Positions 13,069 to 26,100 of a stretch of 64,000 bases of DNA are shown here, piece after piece. Every line of letters starts with the position of its first letter. Position 1 is the first letter of the stretch. Position numbers and translations under genes: made by a program. The notes below the pieces were generated by a model. The model was not told the origin of the DNA. It saw nothing but the letters and a program-made list of their open reading frames with translations, and did not search any database. Source of the stretch: Camelus ferus (lineage: Eukaryota); NCBI RefSeq assembly GCF_009834535.1, contig NC_045697.1, positions 105,030,001 to 105,094,000 of the forward strand, read 5' to 3'.

Positions 13069-13715
13069 CGCTGGGCCCGTGGGGGCCCCCCGCGCAGACC
13101 CTGGCCCCCAAGGACCTGCCTGGGGGCAACGAGCTGCCATCTTCCTCCCAGGCGGAACCCACAGCCACCTGGACACGCAGGAATGACAGATCACAGATTG
13201 CCACTCCAGGGTCAGGGGGTGGGGGACACACTGCTCGAGGTGGGAGGAGGGAGATGCCCTGCACAGAATCTTGCAGGTCTGTGTGGCGGAGAAGAGTGTC
13301 AGGATTAACAGGACGGACTTTTCATTTGTCAAGCCTTGGGACTTGTGGTTTTTAATTACCCGGTTTGGAGAGTGAGAGAGGGAGGACAGCCTTCTGCCGG
13401 CCCACCTCTCCCACTGGCGGCTGCACCCCCAGACACCTCCCCACGCACCTGCCGCCAGATGGGAAAGAGAGCTGTGCTGGCTGGATGCGCTCGCGCTCAG
13501 CTCTGGAGGCTGCTGCTGGCGGGTGGGCGACGCATTGGTCTAAACCCAGACACTCCTCCCCGGATGGCTGCTCTGGGGACCCCGTGCTCACTGAACTTCA
13601 GGCACCGGCGGATTCACAGCACGCTTCTCCGTGCTGCTCACCTGTGTGCTTCCAGACACCCCCTTTCTGCCCCAAGTTGTCTGTACATGAAATAAAACAG
13701 AATTCACTCTTGGAT
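13069..13715 (+). other. ARHGAP10: ARHGAP10 3'UTR (end approximate)
   Basis: Runs from the stop codon to about 20 nt past the first downstream AATAAA. Confidence 0.75.
13691..13696 (+). terminator. ARHGAP10 polyadenylation signal
   Basis: AATAAA preceded by TGTA (13682-13685, CFIm-type motif) and followed by T/GT-rich sequence (tcttggatctgtgt). Confidence 0.8.
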
Positions 13716-16014
13716 CTGTGTCCTACCGCGGGGAAGAGGTTGTGGACTCCCTCCCTGTACCATGTCATGGTTTGGCAGCCCCCCGATGGAAGCTCACTTT
13801 CCCCTGAGGTTGGGCCATGCTCACAGGTAGAACCGATGAATGAGGAGCCTTGCTTACTCAGAGCAGGGTGTGTTTCTGGAGTCAGCAGCCTCTCTGATGC
13901 GTGAGATCCCGGCAGACACCCCTCTAGCCGCCTGGACAGACCTTTCCCCGTGACCTGCGTGAGTCCTGACCAGGATGGGGCCGTGGCGCTGCCCCCTAGG
14001 GGTTTGGGTGTGTGCTGTGGAGGCCAGCCCTCCCTGCCAGCCTCAGTGTGTCACTGTGTCCTCACCCCACCCTCACTCCCTCTGTTTTCCAGGCCTCAGC
14101 GCTAATCTCTCCATCCAGATTGAGCCGGGCTGCAGGGAGCAGGTCAGGCATTTGGACTCTTCCTGGAGGACCCCCTGCCATGCCTGGGCCCCGCCCTGAT
14201 GCTTCTTCCTCTGTCTTCCAGCCTCCGAGTCACAGGCATAGTCGCAGCCTCTCCTGGAAGTGGAGGACTTCTCTGTCCCCAGTCTGGAGTCCCTGCAACG
14301 TGGAGCTTGTTTTTAGGGGCCTCAGGATTCTGAAGCCGGGTCTGCTCTGGGGGTCTGGCACGTCTCTCTTCCCTATGGGAGGCTCCTCGGCCCATCAGAG
14401 TTCTCCCCTAAGATTATCACAAAGGATGTGTCTGTCTCCTCTTCCCCAGGTGAGCTGATTCAAGAGCGCTGGTAATCAGGTTGGAAGCCGCCTCCCCTGG
14501 ACCATGTAAGGTGTCAAGTTTGGGGTCAGGTGTGCACAGGGGAATAGGCCTGTTGAAAAGTATCCATGTTCTACATAAAGGTAAGGACAGTCTCCATGCA
14601 GTGTAATTAAAATACTGAACTGGGGGCCCGGTGGAGAGCACTGGGACAGCTGAGGAGCCCAGGGCCTCAGGACAGTGACCAGCCCTGAGCTGAGGGCTGG
14701 ACCCGGCTAGGCGGTGGGGGTGTGGCAGAATCCCGAGTGTCCTCTGAGTTATACTTCCAGCCCTTGCCCGCTGCTTAGGGACGTAGAGGGGAGACTTGGC
14801 CGGTGAGAAACTTGGCTTGTGACAAACTTTCCCGTTTCTCTGGGAAAATGCAAGCCTGTGGGCAGTTACAGGGAGTGGGGCCAGGTGAGCGCTGGGAGTG
14901 AGTCCAGGCAGTGTTCTGAACTGGTGTGTATCCATAGGGCAGTAGAAATAAGACCCCCCATACTGGGACTTGATTCCTTTACCTGCCTGAGGAAGATTCC
15001 GTCATTCACAGGTGCCCCCAACCTGCTGTTGCCCCCAAACTGTTCTCTACTGCCAAAGTGTGTTTGTTACCACTCACGTGGTCATGGAGGTTTCTGCTAA
15101 GTCTGGCTACTCGTGCGGTTTTGGACAAATTAAGTTGACTATGATTCTGTCACTGCCTCCTAAGAAGACAACAGTACTTGGAGGTTTGGGGCCAAAGTGA
15201 CTGAATGTAAGTAGTGTGCCCTGTACTTAGTACGTGCTCAGTTAGTGGGCAGTGCTGTTCCCTGTACTGTTCCTACTGTGGTTCACCTGTATTTTTGTCA
15301 TCAGGGACATCTGGGTGCTATAGGATGACAGTGGGGTGGGAATGAAGCCTCAGACAGGTGAGGGAAGGGTGTCTTCCTCTGCCTATAGGACCCGTGTGGC
15401 TGGGCCGGCCAAGGCCCCTGGCCGGGGGGCTTCCCTTTGGTCCAGGCCCAGAGGCTGCTTCGTGATGGGGTCAGGAGCTGTTCTCTTCCACTGGCAGAAC
15501 TTCATTTCTCCAGGTGAGAAGTGGAGCAGTGGGGAAGGGGTATTTTTCCTGTGTTTTTGCTGCATGGGGGTGGCTGATCCCGAGCATGTTGCTCAGGCCC
15601 CCCTTGGGTTAGACATCTCAGCCTGTGTTCTTCCAGAGGCACGATGGGTGGGGGTGGGGCCCTCTGGGCAAGAGAGGATGCTCAGGGGCCTGGCATGTGA
15701 TGGTGTCACCAAGGGCTGGCCCTGGGGTGTCTCTGTGCTTGTAAAAGAGATGCCAGGTGAGAACAGAGCCAAATGGCCTATGGGAGCTGTAACCTGCGCA
15801 GAAACATCTGCAGCTGGGGGTACGGGTGGGGAGGGCAGTGGAGCGTCTGTGCCTGTGGCGGGCATTCCACTCATTCTTTCCTCACGGGGACTGACTGAGC
15901 CAGGGGAGTGATCCCATTTTAATGGAAGCTTTCACGAGCGAAGAGCTTTGTTCAGGTTCAATAAGCTAGTCAGATGTTCTTTCTGTTCTACTGTCCTGCC
16001 TCTGGGGGCCTGTA

Positions 16015-16450
16015 GGAGCTATGAGTTGAGTTGTGCCCCCTACCCTGCCTTTTACAAAATTCATTTGTTGAAGTCCTAACTCCCCCCCGACCCCGGACCT
16101 CAGAATATGACCTCATTTGGCACACAGGATCATTGCAGATGTAATTAGTTAAGATGAGGTCTCTAGGGTTGGGCTCTAATCCAGGATGACTGGTGTCCTT
16201 CTAAAGAGGGGAGATTTGGGCGCTGAGACAAGCAGAGAGGGAAGGGAGTGCAAAGAGACACAGGGAGAAGGTGGCCATGTGTGAGCCAAGGAGAGGGGGC
16301 CTTGGAATAGATCTCCTCACGGTCTTCGGAAGGAACCAACCCTGATGATCTGAGACTTCTAGCCTCCCAAACTGGGAGACAGAACCTTTCTGTTGTTTTT
16401 CAGCCACCCAGTTTGTAGTACCTCGTGACGGTAGTTCTAGGAAACTAAAA
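16015..16450 (+). mobile_element. MaLR LTR (MLT1-like)
   Basis: Motifs ttgaagtcctaac, gcagatgtaattagttaagatgaggt, aatccaggatgactggtgtcctt, gacttctagcctcc, agccacccagtttg. Confidence 0.85.
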
Positions 16451-16519
16451 TGGGCTAAAAGTGCGTGTTTTGAGTTAAAAAACAACCACCTATTGTGAAA
16501 TCCTATTTTCATTATTTTA

Positions 16520-16660
16520 TACCTTAGTGACCTTGGGCAAGTTCACTTGACCTCGTTATGCTTCACTTTCCTTCCGTGAAATGGAGAGAGTGGTACCAAC
16601 CTCCCTGGGACGTTGTGACAAATGATGCTGTTAAGTGCCTGAAGGGTACAAGGCGAGAGA
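16520..16660 (+). mobile_element. MIR SINE relic
   Basis: MIR core gtgaccttgggcaagttcacttgacctc...tgaaatgg. Confidence 0.7.
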
Positions 16661-17739
16661 GATGATTTAGTGAACGCGGGAGGTGGGAGGAGGGAGCCGG
16701 CAGGGTACGTGGTGGGGGGGGGTCAGTCTCTGTCCCTCTTCTCATCTCCAGCCACCCTCTGCTTACCTCCAGCGTACCATCGCCAAGGCCGTGCCTACAT
16801 CGTTCGGCCTTTCCCTGCCTTCCTAAGTGCACATCTTGCCTCTTTCATCTTAGTTTTGTCTTTGTTCCCCATTTGCTTCAGTTCTGGGCCCCTTCCCAAC
16901 TTCTTCCTGGTCCTCCCCTCGAGTCTCTCAAAGCCAGTCTCAGTGACTCCTTCCTCAGCCAGATGTTTTCCAAGGCCCTTCAGATCTTCCTGAGCCACCC
17001 AACTTTCTTTCCTCCCTCCTGCTGGAGGAAGTTATTCCAGGAGAGTGTCCTCAAACAGCTTCCCCGGTCCTGGTTCTGCAAATGTCTTCTCTGATGCTTG
17101 TCAGCACTCTTTTTCCTTGCCTGGCCTGGGCAGTAATTTATTGCTGCCCCATCTGGGTATCCTGGCACATGCTCCTAATGCTTTAACGTCTGGGCTAAAA
17201 GTGTCTCAATCTGCTGGGTAGACTATCTTGGAGAATTCTTTCCTATCAGAAGATCAGCTTGATTGGAAAGCAGACTTTTGATTCTTGTCCAAACGAGAGA
17301 CATGCGCTTTGGACTCGGGCAGTAGGTGCACGGGGTTCATTTCGGCAGCTCGGTCCCATGCGTTAGTGTCTGGATTTTTCCTTCCTTGGAGGGTTTGGCA
17401 GCTGAGGAAACACTGTAGGCGGAATAGCTCGGGGGAGTGGGTGGAGCACGACCTGACTCAGCTCAAGCCAGTTTTCACTAGCGCCACGACCGACCCTCAC
17501 TGGCCGGGGGCATAATAGGTTTTTCAGAGCACGGAAAACTTGACAATCACTGTTTTGACAACGAAGTCTGAAAAAATACCTAACGTGAGTGGTACGTGGG
17601 TTGAATGATCCCAAATTTTACCCCTCCTTCCGTGAAGCCCTCCCACGCTGACACTGGCCTTGACCTTGTAAGTGGCTTTGGCCATTGGGACAGAGGCTGA
17701 CTTGATGCAAGCAAGGGCTTGAAAAGCGCTGCCTGTACC

Positions 17740-18000
17740 TTTCAGCAGTCTCTCTTACAGCCTTGCTTCTACCACGAGTATATGCCCAGGCTAGCCTGCT
17801 GGAGGACGTGAGGCCCCGTGGAGCACAGCCATCCCAGACCGGCTGGGTGCAGGCTGCCCACAGAAGGGTGACTGGCCCGACCCATCTGAGCCTGGCCGCA
17901 TCAGCAGAACCCCACACCCCCTACCCTGCCTGCTAACTCATGAGAAATCATAAACGATGGTTGATTTAAACCACTCAGTTTTGGGATGTCTTGCTATTCT
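17740..18000 (+). mobile_element. MaLR LTR fragment (MLT1-like)
   Basis: 3' LTR motif tgagaaatcataaacgatggttgatttaaaccactcagttttggg. Confidence 0.55.
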
Positions 18001-19427
18001 GCCCCATCACTGACTTCGCTTTGGATCCAGTCTTGGTCCATGCTGAATGTTAAGTTCTTATCTTAATCTTCTCTTCTTCAATGCTGTTGGGAAGCCACTT
18101 GTTTTATTTCCAAGAAAATTGCTGTACCAGCAACTGGATGACTTGAAATTCAAGTGTCGGAGATACTTGTAATCAAGTCATTTTGGTCTGTTGTACACTT
18201 GCAGTTTATAGTTTATCAGAAAGTACGTTGGAGCTGACTTCAACATAAAGGAACGATGTTTTCTATTTGCCTGAGGGACATTCATCATTCAGACGCAAAC
18301 TCCTAATTATATATGCATCACTATGCATAATTTTTACTGCTTTGGTATACAGTGTGGCTGGCTGTCTCAGTGGCCGACACTTCGTTCTTAGTGATTATTA
18401 AATGTGTAGCTGGATTCTTTGGGCCTGAGAGCACTTCTAGACATTCTTAGAAATATAGTCACACTTGACCCAAGCCCGAGCCTGCTTTATTCAGGAAGGG
18501 CGCCTGCTTTAACCAAGGGTGCACATCGGTGGGACCTCCCACCCACAAGCTCGGCAGCCTCACAGTCCTTGATGGCTTGTTTGAAGTGAGGGGCTCTCTG
18601 TGAAAAACCCTACTCCCTGATAGTTCAGACTGCATACACTTTAAGATACAAATTTACCTTCATTCATAATAGATGTTTTACAAATTGATGCACACAACTC
18701 AAAAGTTTTTTAAATGAATTTTTATTTTCCTGGGCTATGTTTTGTTTCATGGCTATGTTGTGTTTCAGAAATATGTTATCAGTTGTGTTAAAGTGAAATT
18801 GTGTTTAACTCTCAAAGAGTCTTCTGGTTTGACCGATCACATTAAAAATGGATATGAATTTCTCTTGTGGGAGGTATTTTCTAGTTTTTAAGTGAGCTGA
18901 TAATTGCTTACTGCTCTTTTGTGGTCCCTATTAATGAGTGCGATCTAGCGGAGCAGCCTGAAAGGACTGTGAGTTGCATTGCGGCTGTTGGGCAACTGAG
19001 TCTCTTGATAACCCAAGAGGACCTGGAGCAAGACCCCACTGCATGCAGGAAGATCTGGGAATGAGACGGGACATCTGGTCTACTCAGGTGAGTCTCAAAG
19101 TCTGTAAAATGAACAAGTGTCCACATGGTTGGAAAGATAAATGAGTCCATGTACATGCAGTGTTTAGCAGGGACATGGGAAGCAATCACTGTTACAAAAT
19201 TGTTACAGGGTATTTCAGGGAGCCAAGTATCAGCAGTAAGAAACACGACATCTAGCCAGTCCCCAAAGGGGATGATTAATATGTGGCTAACACAGGGCTT
19301 TCTAACATGGGGGAAAAATGGTGACTCCATCTTGGGTATAGGCAGACAGGCATATAATCAGGATTTTAGAAGGGCACAAAATCCACGTGTTCCTACAGAC
19401 GTGCAAATGAACTGTTTCCAAAACAAC

Positions 19428-22020
19428 AGGTGATTAAAGTAAAGGATTTATTGTAATCTGCTTACAGTCCTTTGCAAAGACAGACATATGTTTTTGCATA
19501 AAGATATAAATTGCTTCATTTTAAACTAATTTAGTGTGTTTTTTTTTTAATTATATGAAGAAGTTTTGGTGAATTATGAATTGTACCAAACCAAGATTTT
19601 TTAAGAGCAATATGGTACAAAAATAAGAGCAGACAGACAATTTGGACTGGGACAGGCATTCAACAGTGAATTTAGAATATGGCTTTGCTGTTTGACCAAG
19701 CAAAGTTACCCGGAGACACACAAAGAGCCAGTAACTTTGTTAATAGAAAAAGCTGATGCAGACCGTCTCTATCCCAAATCTGGTTAGGCTGCAGTTCTGA
19801 TTTCGTAAAAAGTCAGTCTGAGCTACAAGCTGCTCTGGTTAAGCCATTTCTTTTCTAGAAACTCCCAGTCTGCATGCTGTGTATTCATCACCTTCCGAGT
19901 GTGACTTTCATATTGCTGTGCATGTAAGTTGACGGTATTTAAAGATCTGCTTATAAATTAAATTCCTGAAATTGCAAATTAGGTAAGAAAAACTCCTCCG
20001 TCTGAGTGCAGCTCTCACAGGTTCCCCCGTGCGTAAGGCAGGTGTCTTCCAAAAGACAAGGTAATGTTGCCCGCATGGTGAACCCTGGGAAAAAGTGTTG
20101 ACCCTAACGCTGCCTTCTCCCGGCCCTGGGCTTCTTCTGCTACAACTTTTAGGTTTTGGAAAATAATACAGTTTTCACTGAGTACCTGATGATTAGCATC
20201 ATTTTTAAAAGATTAATTTGGCCTCTATTCAAAGTAGTTTAGTGCAATCATACTAAGTTTCCCCAAAGATATATATGTTTGTGATTTGGGGTAAGAGAAA
20301 AGCCATAAATTGCATCAGTGCCAAACAGATTAGTGAATTAAAAATTTTTAGTGCCACTGTCTTGCTTCTATGATCTGTAGTTTTTTTTTTTCCCCCGAAA
20401 CTGTTTATGTATAAAATTGATTTTTAAAACCTACCTTTTAAAAATCTAAAAACCCTATAGTGATCATGCGGTCTCCACGCTGTCTCAACTGAACTGTGCC
20501 AGAAAGCATCTTCTCAGTGTGTCCTGCTGTGACCTACGTGTTCCCATGACCAGTTCCCCGAGTGCAAAGCCCCCTTCCCAGACTGGAAGTGAACATTTCA
20601 CCTTCTGCAGGCATAGAGAGTGTGTGGAATTTTTTTTTCCCCCAAAGGAGAAAACATGATTTTTTCTGAAGTGGGACGAGGAGATGCACTCTGAGCCATC
20701 GCGTCTCCAGTCTCACTCTCCTGGAGTGGATTCTGCTTCTGGAGGAAAAAAGGAAAAGAGACAGCTTTTCCAAAGCTGGCACTCCCAGGACATCCTCTCA
20801 TGGGTGTGCTGGCAAATGATGCCTTCAGGGAGCTGCAGGTGCCACCATGCGCCGTCCCCGATGGAAGGAGGATGGAGCAGAAGCCGGAAAACGTGCTCGA
20901 GTCCCACGAACACCCCACGCGGGAGACCAAGGACAACAAAGGTACAGAAAGAGTAGAAAGGCTTAAAGACAACCGAAGAGGTCTAAGTGTGGTTATTTAC
21001 AACAGAGACTGTAAAATGGTAAATTAGATATGAAGCTAAAAAAGGCACAGCTTTCCCTTTCTTAAATACACTGTAAACGGTTCATGGTGCATGCAGAACA
21101 TTTCACTTTACAAAAAAAATTTTTTTTTACCTTGTTTGTTTAGACAAAGATAGTACTTAAATAGTCTCCAGCAAAATAGAATTCTTTCAAAAATACTTTC
21201 CCATTCATCCTATTAACCTTTAAAGTTTTTTTTTTCATATGTGTCTCATTTACAAAAGTTCCTTATACCTTATTTTAGGTCCTTCACAATTTTATACATA
21301 CAGTAATGTACAGCACAGCAAAAGACTGCAAAAATTATTTGTAAAGCCAACACAATAGATACTAGAAATTGAAACCAAGGCATTTGTTTTAACATCTTAC
21401 CCATTCTAATTAAATAATAAGTGGACGCTAGAGGGTGTGGGTACCAGTGATGCAGAAAGACGTGGGCGGGGAAGAGCCCTGGATGGGGCCGCTAGTCCAG
21501 TCCACGTGCTCTGTTATTACACAACAGGAATCTGTATATGTTTTTCTTTTTTTTTGTTGTTTTTTTAAATAACAAAAGAATATTAATGCCCCATATTGAC
21601 TATACGTTTTATGTGCAAACCAAGGGTGAGTTTGAAAAAGTTCGTTAGTCATTGAACTCTTAAAACAAGCGAACGATACCAGAAACTACATGGCAGAGTT
21701 AAAACTTCCATCTGTTAAAATATCAAAATCAGAGAGTTATTGACTAGATATGGCTTTTCATCCAGAGGAACAGGAACGTGTTTCTAAGCGCTGGGAGGTT
21801 GGAGAGGGAAGAACTCCTCAGACTGCACAGGTGTCGCCAAATCCACGTCACCCTGCTCGCCCGCCTCCGGACCCTGGACGTGATTTTTCAACTTGAGAAA
21901 CTGCTGAACAAGTGGGAATCAACCATCCTGTGTTAAAAATGTGATTTTCTTGGGTCCTTCGTAGGTGTGGAATAACATGGGGAAACTTAAGGCAAAGTTC
22001 TTTTGGTGGGACGTCTCCCG
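19428..22020 (-). other. NR3C2: NR3C2 3'UTR, about 2.6 kb (distal end approximate)
   Basis: AT-rich stretch with no recognisable interspersed repeat between the TGA stop and AATAAA. Carries multiple miRNA seed matches. Confidence 0.8.
19447..19452 (-). terminator. NR3C2 polyadenylation signal
   Basis: TTTATT on + (AATAAA on -) at the end of the AT-rich UTR block. Downstream on - is GT/T-rich sequence (ctgttgttttgg). Confidence 0.8.
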
Positions 22021-22218
<198 letters not shown>

Positions 22219-22694
22219 CTACCCTGTCCCCAGGCCCCTCCGTGTCCCAACTCTGGTGCAAGCTCAGAGCAACACTCGGAAATCCGATCATGTCTACAAG
22301 GCTGCCAAGCGAGGTAAGGTGGCCAAGTCGCCTGTCCCGGTGGAGGAAGACGGGTGTTCACATCTGATGCATGTAATATGCCTGTTACATAAAACAGATT
22401 CAAACCAGAGCTATGTCATGGTTGAACATTAACTGTCTTGGTGGCAAAAGGGCCAGTAACAGTGCAGAGTGGTGGGGTCACCAAACTGCTTTCATCCAAT
22501 TCTCATTTCGAAATGGGTGAACTGTGTGGGGCAGGCAGGTGTGTATGTCGTTGGATCCAGGCGCTGGGCCCTGCTGAGGGAGCTGTGGCTGGCAGGGGGG
22601 CAGCCCCTGGCCCCTCATCTCGCCACTGTCTCCCTTCAGGCTCCCAGTCCTGAGCTGGGGGCAGGGCTGAAACTTCTCCGTACCACCCCTGGCT

Positions 22695-23190
22695 TATTAA
22701 GATATAACTGATGTATAACTTTGTGTATTTTAAGGTGTACAAAGGGTTGATTTGATGCGCTTACAGTTTGCAAAATGATTAACACCTCTATCACGTTACA
22801 TACTTACATTTCTTTTTTGTGATGAGAACTTTTAAGATCTCACTTGGCAGCTTTTGAGTATGTAATACAGCATTGTTACTCTAGTCGCCGTGGTGTACAC
22901 CAGATCCCCAGAACTTCTCCTCTTATAAGCAGAAGTTTGTACTCTGACCAACATCTCGTTCCCCCACCTTCTGGTAACCACCCTTCTACTCCTTGTTTCT
23001 ATTAGTTTGCTTTTCCAGATCCCACGGGTAAGTGAGATCATGCAGTATTAGTCCTGACTTATGTCACTTAGCGTCATGCCCTTAAGGTCCGTCCATGTTG
23101 TTGCAAATGGTGGGGTTTCCTTCATTCTCACCGCTGAACAATACTCCATTGTGTGTGTGTGTGTATACACCAAATTTTCTTTATCCATTT
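22695..23190 (-). mobile_element. L1 3'UTR fragment (L1MA9-like)
   Basis: Motifs tgcaaaatgatt, agatccccagaactt, gtaagtgagatcatgcagta, ccatgttgttgcaaatgg. Contains (TG)7. Confidence 0.85.
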
Positions 23191-26100
23191 TCAGCCACTT
23201 TGAAAGCATGAAAACATCAAGGAGCACTTTTATGTCTTCTCACCGATCCAGCCATTTCTCCAACTCTGTGACCCAAGGACCTGTCCATCCTCCTGGACCT
23301 GAGCCACTCCCAATTTGGTAAGTTAAAAAAACAAAAAACCACCACCCACAAATGCAGTATAGCATTACTCATTTCTCTTCTAATTACTAGGAATACAATT
23401 TCAAATTGGAAAGTATATATTCTCATTTTTCTTCAGTTAATTCCATATCCTATTATGGGAAAAAAAATGACTTTGGGTCATTTCCCACTGTGTTAAAGCA
23501 GACAATATTAATACTACATGTCATAAAGTAACTCTGTAGTCTTAAAGAGATTCTGGTGAATAGACATCTGTAACTTTCCCTCAGGAATTTTTTAAACTCA
23601 ATTAGCAGGCTTAATTTGAGTTGGTTAATAAATAACTGCTAAAGGCCTTCACTACAAACCAGGAATCAAGAAACAGTCAGTGGGAGAAACATCTCATGCT
23701 TCTGTCTGTGCCTGAACACGCCCTCGGTCTGCAGACTGCTCTCTCCCTCCGTCGGTTCCAAGGACTGGCTGCTGTGTGCCCATGGGAAGCTGGGAACTAG
23801 CACGAGCCACTGGGTCTGCTCTGGGCTTGTTCACACACACACGTGCTTGCTTAGCAAATGACGTGCCTCAGTTTCCACACCTGTGCAAGGGGGGGTAATA
23901 CTAGTGCCTGCTGCACAGGGTTGCTGGAGGCGGAGTCAGGGGGCTGGCGTGGAGGATGTGCTGAGCGTATGTCAGCTCTTAGTCACGGTGTTGAGAGGCA
24001 CTGCAGGAGCAAAACCTGCTCTGGGTCATTGTGTAACTTGGTCCTCAGGCCTCCCTTCTAGAAAAGGCGAGATGGGAGCACTTTGTGTTTGGCCTTTCCA
24101 GGAAGGAGACTGTGGAAACAGAACTGGGAGGGTAAGTTTCTTCACTTCCCCGGTGATGGGCCAGTGGCTGTGGGAGCTAAAAGCCAAGCCAGATCCTGGG
24201 CTCTAGCCGGGCTGCCACAAACGAGCCTCATGGGGCAGAGGGCCAGGGCCGAGGGTGTGAAGGACACAGTGTAAGTTCACCCTGGTCTCTGCTCTTGCTG
24301 CAGCCCCTGAGGTCTCTCCGTGTGGGCACCTGTGGGTCTGTTTTTCACTTTGAAATTTTAACCTGAGGTTAGACATCCGAGTTTCTAGGCCAGATCAGTC
24401 CCTGAGTAGGACAGCCCGGCAGCCCCACCCTTCCCAGCTCTGGGGCTGGGGCTGGCCCTCGTCCAGAGACCAGAGCTCCCGGTGCTCAGAGCGTTTGGGG
24501 TGGAGGCCGAGGTCCTACCCACGACTCACCCTCCTCGTCCATCCATCCCAGTGACCAAGCACCTGCTCTGGGTCAGGCACTGGGAAGGGGAGGAGGAAGG
24601 TGGTCGGAGTGGAAAGGTGGCCTTGGCACATGGCCTGAAAGGGTGGAGGTGGGTCACTCAGTGTGCTCAGAGCAGCGGGGGCTCGTGAGGCACTGCCTGT
24701 TGGCTGACAACCTGATTTCCCTGATAACCGACACACGTTACCTGGACGGCCAGGGCTGCGTAAGGGCTTGTGTGTAAACAGGTGACAGCACTGCTGATTC
24801 TGACGTGTGATAGGAGATACGGAGCGGAGTGAATCAGCTCTTGAACCTGAGGCAGCTTGCAGGGAGCACCCTGGTGGGGGACAGGTCCCCTGCCCCTGTA
24901 TTTAACACCCACGTGAGCATCACCTAGCAGGTGCTGGGGAAACAGACCAGAGAGAGGCCGGGGCTGGGCACTCCTCACGGACCCTGCACATTAACCTGGG
25001 GCTGGCGTTTCCTACACCCAGGGCTTCTGTTCAGAGCAGATGCCTTGACCAGCTGCAGGGGGATGGGGGCTCTCCTGGGGCACGTGGGGTCAGGCTGGCA
25101 GCCAGGGCTGGGCCTTTGACCCTGTGAACACCTGGAGGGGGGAACCCTGTCACCACAACCACCCCAGGAAAGGACTCATGCCTAACTCTTGGGGTGGCCA
25201 AGATGCCCAGGGGGCCCCAACAGCCTGGCCCACCTGCCCTTAGAAGGCTAAAAACCTCTAAAGACCCCAACCCAGCAAGGCCTGAGCCAGTGGCTGCAGT
25301 TGGTGAGGTCAGGGATCATCTGAGAATCAAAGCCGGGTGGCCCCAGTCTCTGGGCAAGGAGGACAAGGGCCACCCCCCACAGCCAGTGCGCCAGGACCCA
25401 TGGATCCCTGAGAGATGTCTGAGGTGGGTTGTTGCTGCGGGAAAGGGCACCATCCCTACTGGAAAAAGCAGGGTGCAAAGAGGGTGGGGCTGCAGGTGGT
25501 CAGAGCACGAAGCAGTAGAGACTAGGCCCCCGGGGAGTCATATGTGGAACTGGGTCAGCAGGGATGCTGAGCCAAATGGGTGTGTCGCTGTGAAGTGTCT
25601 AACGGTCACGCCACACACATGCATGGGGGTCTCCTGGTGCAAGGCAGGTGGGGCCTCTGCCTGAGCCCAGAGGAGCCAGAAGACACAAGGACAGCCCGGT
25701 GTGATGCACGTGCCGTCACCTGCTTTTCAAATGATGTGAGTATTGGTTTCTGCTTGTTTCTGAGTCTCTTACCCTCTGTCAGGGATCCCCCCCTTCCTGC
25801 AGTCACTCTCCACAGCCCTCCAACTCCACATACCTGGAGCCTCAGCCGGAAGGAGTCCTTCCTCTCCTAGGATGCTGCCCCCACCTTCTCTTTTATCCAG
25901 TGGTTCCCATCTCTTACGTGTTTCCCACCTAACAGCTCCCGTAGTGGCCTACAAGCTCCTTGAAGGCAGGAGCCACGCATGCAGCCCTGCTGCGGGTTTG
26001 AGGGACTCAGCGCTCTGGCTGCCTGGCCCGCTGCCTGTGTTCCTCTGACTCCCTCCTAAGTGCTCAGGAACAACTTATGGCAGTACTTTTTAATGGCAGC

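Noticed and set aside
13336..15911. Cluster of 120-190 aa ORFs downstream of ARHGAP10
   Set aside because: GC-rich UTR/intergenic DNA with overlapping ORFs on both strands, many with non-ATG starts and no recognisable domain. Expected by chance.
20534..21027. ORFs within the NR3C2 3'UTR on both strands
   Set aside because: No similarity to any family I recognise. They lie in the UTR or antisense to it.
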